Under the pieces are notes generated by a model that saw only the letters and a list, made by a program, of their open reading frames with translations, did no database searches and was not told the origin of the DNA. Source: an uncultured Lentisphaera sp. (lineage in GTDB: Bacteria; Verrucomicrobiota; Lentisphaeria; Victivallales; GWF2-50-93). Taken from it: a stretch of DNA of 64,000 nucleotides. Below are positions 59,355 to 64,000 of this stretch, piece by piece (within the stretch, counting starts at the first letter, position 1; the number at the start of each line of letters is the position of its first letter). Location of the stretch: assembly GCA_964426675.1 (NCBI GenBank), contig CAYRRM010000002.1, positions 22,671-86,670 of the forward strand, given 5' to 3'. A program made the translations under genes and the position numbers.

Positions 59355-61229
59355 ATGGCTATAGTTCGTCAATTCGCTTTCATCTTCTGTTTACTTTTCG
59401 CAATTCAGAGCTTATCTTTTATCAACGCAGAAAGTATTAGTATTGATGATATTGCTATAGCAATTAATAAGGCAGACAAAACTCATCCGCTGTTATTTGC
59501 CCGATCTGCAGACTTTGCAGTCTTGCGTGAGCATCTATCTACAACCGAAATCGGCAAAGCGGGATTGAGTCGCTTGTTATACGAAGCAGACCAGATACTC
59601 AAGGAAGAACCAGTAACTCGTAAAATGACAGGTCGTCGTTTGTTATCTATTTCTCGGAAAGTATTGCATCGGGTAACCGTGTTATCTATGGCTTATCGTT
59701 TGACTGATCGCGTTGAATATCGCGATCGTTGTATCCGTGAAATGAATGCGGCTTCTGCTTTCAGTGATTGGAATCCATCACATTTCTTGGACGTAGCAGA
59801 AATGACTCTGGCCCTGGCTATTGGTTATGACTGGCTCTATCACGATTTAGACGATAAAACTCGCCAGATTGTGGCTGAGGCTATCCGTGAAAAAGGCTTG
59901 CGAACTTCGCAAAAAAAGGCTGGATGGTGGGTAAAGGCAACTAACAATTGGGGGCAGGTCTGTCACGCAGGTATGCTTGCTGGAGCGCTTGCCCTGATGG
60001 ACAATGATGAGCAATTGGCTGCTGAAATTATCTACCGTGCTATTGTTAACCTCCCTATTTCTATGCACGCATTAGCACCAAAGGGGTCTTATCCGGAAGG
60101 GCCTGGATATTGGAGTTACGGAGTTACTTTCAATGTACTCGCAATTGATCTGCTCGAAAAAATATTCTCTTCTGACTTTGGATTAGCTAAACTACCTGGT
60201 TTTGCAGAGACCTGTGAATATCTTGATATAGTTACTGGTCCATCTGGACTCACTTTTAACTATTCTGACGGAGATTCAGGTCGTGGTTCTCAAGCAGCGC
60301 TTTGGTGGTATGCAAAACGTTATAATCGTCCGGATATACTGTTATTTTTTGAACGACAAGCATTTCTCAGATACTGCGAAAATCGCAAAGACATTTCAGG
60401 CAATCGGTTTTTTCCCTTTTGCCTTTTGTGGTTGCAAGAGTTACCGTCTAATCTCTCGATAAGGACTCCACTCAATTGGTTTTCTGACGGTGAAGTACCT
60501 ATTACCATTCACCGTACATCCTGGGACGATCCTGATGCTCTTTTCGTTGGTTTTAAGGCTGGTTCTCCTTCTGCCAGTCACGGGCATATGGATGCCGGTT
60601 CTTTTGTATTAGATGCGGGGGGAGTACGTTGGGCATATGATCTGGGAAGTGAAAACTATCACAATATTGAATCGCGAGGTATGAAGCTCTGGGATAGCGG
60701 TCAGAATTCTGATCGGTGGCGTGTATTTCGTTTGAACAATTTGAGTCATAATTTAGTTGTTGTTGATAATCAACTGCAAGTAGCAAAGGGAAAAGCCTTG
60801 ATTAAAGAATTTCAAGAAAGACCAAAACCACGGACTGTTCTTGACCTTTCTCCTGTCTATGCCAATGTTGCTAAGTATGTTACACGTAGTGGTACTCTCC
60901 TATCAAACTGTGAATTTCGCATTGATGATATGCTTGAAGGTTTAAAACCAGGTGCAAAGGTACGTTGGGGCATGGTTACTAAGGCTAATCCTGAACCAGA
61001 AATCAATGGATGTATGATTTTGAGCGAGAATGGAAAGCAGTTGCGTCTTAAGGCATTAAACAATGAGACTAATTGGCAAACATACGAAGTGGCTAAACCT
61101 CCCAATGAATGGGATTCGCCAAATCAGGGTTATGTGATGGTTGGTTTTGAAACTGTTGCCCCTGAATCTGGAAAGGTCGAATTATCTGTATTATTTACAC
61201 TAATAACACCTGCCACCAAGTCGCCTTAA
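59355..61229 (+). CDS. heparinase II/III family protein (secreted polysaccharide lyase-like)
   Basis: Signal peptide. THPLLFARSADFAVLREHL N-terminal region and HGHMDAGSFVLDAGGVRWAYDLG C-terminal heparinase II/III motif. GC-richer than its surroundings. Confidence 0.8.
   Translation: MAIVRQFAFIFCLLFAIQSLSFINAESISIDDIAIAINKADKTHPLLFARSADFAVLREHLSTTEIGKAGLSRLLYEADQILKEEPVTRKMTGRRLLSISRKVLHRVTVLSMAYRLTDRVEYRDRCIREMNAASAFSDWNPSHFLDVAEMTLALAIGYDWLYHDLDDKTRQIVAEAIREKGLRTSQKKAGWWVKATNNWGQVCHAGMLAGALALMDNDEQLAAEIIYRAIVNLPISMHALAPKGSYPEGPGYWSYGVTFNVLAIDLLEKIFSSDFGLAKLPGFAETCEYLDIVTGPSGLTFNYSDGDSGRGSQAALWWYAKRYNRPDILLFFERQAFLRYCENRKDISGNRFFPFCLLWLQELPSNLSIRTPLNWFSDGEVPITIHRTSWDDPDALFVGFKAGSPSASHGHMDAGSFVLDAGGVRWAYDLGSENYHNIESRGMKLWDSGQNSDRWRVFRLNNLSHNLVVVDNQLQVAKGKALIKEFQERPKPRTVLDLSPVYANVAKYVTRSGTLLSNCEFRIDDMLEGLKPGAKVRWGMVTKANPEPEINGCMILSENGKQLRLKALNNETNWQTYEVAKPPNEWDSPNQGYVMVGFETVAPESGKVELSVLFTLITPATKSP
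59899..59911. repeat. iterated palindrome copy TGCGAACTTCGCA
   Basis: Encodes L-R-T-S-Q (third frame). Confidence 0.9.
60375..60387. repeat. iterated palindrome copy TGCGAAAATCGCA
   Basis: Encodes C-E-N-R-K. Confidence 0.9.
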
Positions 61230-61639
61230 TCCGTGTTTGATGAATTAGGATTTGTTGATTTTTTTTGTTTTCGAGATGAGATTTCTGAATTTTATGCGGT
61301 TAAAATGCCTGTAAATTGATGATTTTGACAGATTTCCCCTTTCATTGTTGACATCGAGCTGGAAAAAACTCCTTTTCTAAACTATCCTGGGATAAAGATT
61401 GATTCGACGCATTAGTATGGAAAGCTCCAGTTCAAATTTCTGTCTTTTTGATAGCAGAAAAAAATCAGATTGAAAATTATCTACTGAAGCATTATATCGC
61501 ATAACTAATAAATTTCCTGTTTTTGATTTTCTGAATAATTTTTTACAAAAAAAATAAAAACTTGATTTTTATTTTTAATGATATATTTTAAAATTTCAAA
61601 TATTAAGAGTTCAAATTCAAACTTTTGGAGGATTATATT

Positions 61640-62275
61640 ATGAAGAAAAGGCATTTACTATTAAGCGTTGTCATGATTCTTTCAAGCACAATGATTGTTT
61701 CTGCGTGGGATTGGATGACTCCATTTAAAAGACCGAGTAAAGATATTAGAACACTTATTATGGTTGGAAATTATACAAAACAACGTATTCTGGCGGAATT
61801 AATTCAACAGGAAACAAGTCAGCCTATTTTGCTCCTTCCTGCTATGCCAGGTGGGAAAATATTCTTTATGCCAGCGAAAAAAGAGGCTCTTGAGATTGAA
61901 AATGCCAAATTTACAGATTTTGTAAAGTTTACAAAACCGGAAAGAATATTGATTATTGGAGATGGAGGCGCTGTTACTCAATCTTATATAGATAGAATTG
62001 ATCCATATCAAACAAAAATTTTAGTGTATAACAAAAATATGGAACAGGCAGCAATTGAAATTGGAAAGATTCTTGATTTAACTGATCTTGCTGATGACTT
62101 TGCCAAACTTAATAAAGACCTTGAAAGTGGTAAGTTATATAAACCAGGCAGCGCAGTTTCTAAACCTGAAGTAGCATTACCGGAATCAAGTATTTCAAAT
62201 CAGAGCCCCGTATTACCTCCTCTTCCAAAAAAGGAAGCAAAGCTTATAGATGAGAATGAAGTAGTTCCGAAATAA
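61640..62275 (+). CDS. hypothetical secreted protein
   Basis: MKKRHLLLSVVMILSSTMIVSA signal peptide. The ATG at 61640 follows GGAGGA (the track's TTG start at 61625 is unlikely). Confidence 0.6.
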   Translation: MKKRHLLLSVVMILSSTMIVSAWDWMTPFKRPSKDIRTLIMVGNYTKQRILAELIQQETSQPILLLPAMPGGKIFFMPAKKEALEIENAKFTDFVKFTKPERILIIGDGGAVTQSYIDRIDPYQTKILVYNKNMEQAAIEIGKILDLTDLADDFAKLNKDLESGKLYKPGSAVSKPEVALPESSISNQSPVLPPLPKKEAKLIDENEVVPK

Positions 62276-62297
62276 AAAGAAAAATAATAATAATATC

Positions 62298-62329
62298 AAA
62301 AAAAGCGCAAATTATTGCGCTTTTTTTTT
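62298..62329. terminator. bidirectional rho-independent terminator between convergent genes
   Basis: A-run, GCGCAA-ATTA-TTGCGC hairpin, then a run of 9 T. Confidence 0.75.
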
Positions 62330-62361
62330 GTAGCATATCATAAAAAATCTTCTTGAAAAAA

Positions 62362-63129
62362 TTAAAGTTTTAAAACAATGTAAATTAAAGCTGCAAAACC
62401 AAATAACATTCTACAGACCAGCCTAAAAAAGACCAGCTTAGACGGATGTATTGCAGAAGATATTATAATTAAATAGCCTGTGAAATATGGCAACAGAGCT
62501 AATAGAGAAAATAGAAATGCGAATTCTTTATCACAATATGGTAGAAAAAATATTGAAAACATCATTGGAAAAACAGCGAGCGACCACCATAAATCTTTGC
62601 CAAATTTAACTGCACCTGTGTGAATATTCTTTTTTAAATCTTCGTCGCAATGATAAGCATCATGGTGCATCGAACCGCCGAGCATAGCAAAAGCGAAGAA
62701 AAACGCTTCAGGCTTAAATAATTCAGCAGTGACTCCCAATGCAGATATACCAATGTAGTAATGCAAAAAACCGCCTAAAAAATTATGGAACATTGAAAGA
62801 AAAAACTTCTTTTTACCAAAAATAGAGTAAAAATCCCAATTAATAATTGTTATAAGTAAGAAAAAACCTGAAATAAAATTATAAGCAAAAACAAATGGAA
62901 GAAGAAAAAGCGGAAAAACTACTCCTGAACTGATTAAAACATTGCCTTCTTCACAATTGTCATTGAAAGTTTTTACATGCCAGCCACCGATAAATATTAT
63001 AAAAAAAAGTAATGGCAATGATGAGTAAAAATTTTGTCTGGATTTTGCGAAATTCGCAACTGCTAAAACAGGTATACCTGATGCAAAAAATATTTCTGCG
63101 ATTTTCGCAACAGTCTTATTTTTTCTCAT
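62362..63129 (-). CDS. polytopic membrane protein, tentatively UbiA-prenyltransferase-like
   Basis: About 8 TM helices. HCDEDLKKNIHTGAVKFGK resembles the second Asp-rich motif of UbiA-family enzymes. The first motif is not evident. Confidence 0.4.
   Translation of the reverse strand: MRKNKTVAKIAEIFFASGIPVLAVANFAKSRQNFYSSLPLLFFIIFIGGWHVKTFNDNCEEGNVLISSGVVFPLFLLPFVFAYNFISGFFLLITIINWDFYSIFGKKKFFLSMFHNFLGGFLHYYIGISALGVTAELFKPEAFFFAFAMLGGSMHHDAYHCDEDLKKNIHTGAVKFGKDLWWSLAVFPMMFSIFFLPYCDKEFAFLFSLLALLPYFTGYLIIISSAIHPSKLVFFRLVCRMLFGFAALIYIVLKL
63046..63058. repeat. iterated palindrome copy TGCGAAATTCGCA
   Basis: The coding strand reads A-N-F-A. Confidence 0.9.
63097..63109. repeat. iterated palindrome copy TGCGATTTTCGCA
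   Basis: The coding strand reads A-K-I-A. Confidence 0.9.
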
Positions 63130-64000
63130 ATAATAATTTCCAATCAGTTACGTTCATAATTAAATCCCTGAATATTCCGTTTGTCATATGCCCGGAACAA
63201 ATGATATAGTCATTATTATCAGGAATTTTTTTTGTTAGAAAATTTAATTTAACATCTCCCTTTCCAAATGGAGCTTGAGGAGAATTTTCTTCAACGTACA
63301 ATTTACCGACACTACAAGAATTATCTTTTACAGCAGGACTTAAGCCACTTTCTACGAATCTGAAATTGTGAGAGATGTATCGAATTCTGCCTGCAATTAT
63401 TCCCTTTACAGGAGGTAAAAGGCCGTAATTTTCCCATTGTAGAATTCGTAAAGATTCATAACTTAAAAATCCTTCAGATTCTTTGCTTGAAAAATTATAT
63501 TTTACTTTTTCTGAGGAGTGTGGAATAACAAGTGGTATAAAAATGATAATAGAAATAATTATGCTTAAAACATTTACAAACTTGCAATCAGGGGCTCTGT
63601 CATTTTCAAAAAGCATTGAATATTTTTCATTTTTTATAATGAGTGTATTCAGAATCAATCCAAACAGGAAAATCATAATTATCGGTTCAACCAAAAAACG
63701 ATATTGAGGAAAAGGGATAGCGATTATATGAACTCCTAAATAAAAAAAGGTAAATAAAATTAACCATAATTTTTCAAAAATCACTTTTTTCATACTACAG
63801 AAAATTTCTCTTCGTTTTTTTGCCAAAATTGCAAATAATAAACTAATCAGGAATAAATAAACAATTCCTTCAAAATCAATCAGTAAGAGAAAGAACTTTC
63901 CATAAATATAGATGGGATTGAAATATGCTTTTGGATGAAAAATTCTCTTATAAAAATCAGGGAAACACCACGCTCTAAAAATTCTATATGCACCAAAAAA
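63116..64000 (-). CDS. membrane protein, possibly the C-terminal part of a GT-C type glycosyltransferase; 5' end lies outside the window
   Basis: The track starts it at an internal TTG (63826). By my translation the frame stays open to base 64000 (FFGAYRIFRAWCFPDFYKRIFHPKAYFNPIYIYGKFFLLLIDFEG...). It overlaps the downstream gene by 14 nt. Confidence 0.45.
   Translation of the reverse strand, partial: FFGAYRIFRAWCFPDFYKRIFHPKAYFNPIYIYGKFFLLLIDFEGIVYLFLISLLFAILAKKRREIFCSMKKVIFEKLWLILFTFFYLGVHIIAIPFPQYRFLVEPIIMIFLFGLILNTLIIKNEKYSMLFENDRAPDCKFVNVLSIIISIIIFIPLVIPHSSEKVKYNFSSKESEGFLSYESLRILQWENYGLLPPVKGIIAGRIRYISHNFRFVESGLSPAVKDNSCSVGKLYVEENSPQAPFGKGDVKLNFLTKKIPDNNDYIICSGHMTNGIFRDLIMNVTDWKLLYEKK

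Overview
AT-rich bacterial chromosomal segment (about one third G+C by eye, not computed). It holds about 55 protein genes and one tRNA-Val. I found no rRNA, CRISPR array or intact mobile element. Housekeeping genes: proS, a co-directional dnaK-groES-groEL block, hisD plus an aminotransferase, addB-addA, an orphan ilvN, exbB-exbD, rbsK, rluD, an RNA uracil methyltransferase, tatD, and an MTAP plus class II aldolase methionine-salvage pair. Accessory content is carbohydrate-oriented: a GH78-like rhamnosidase, a heparinase II/III protein, two further large CAZyme-like proteins, three LacI/GntR-type sugar regulators and two lipid-linked glycosylation gene pairs. There are also four prepilin-type DUF1559 / H-X9-DG proteins, which suggests a PVC-superphylum-like lineage (inference only). 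The strongest signal is not a gene. A 13-15 bp palindrome, TTGCGA-N3-TCGCAA, occurs in at least 24 perfect copies plus several one-mismatch copies. All but one perfect copy lie inside unrelated coding sequences, on both strands and in all three reading frames, with no shared flanks. This resembles the cyanobacterial HIP1 highly iterated palindrome and is far above chance for this composition. Other points: three GC-richer patches that look horizontally acquired (one with an IS transposase remnant), a roughly 65-nt conserved non-coding element in two copies, an unusual palindrome and tandem repeat upstream of dnaK where no CIRCE is present, and a 900-bp gene-free region.
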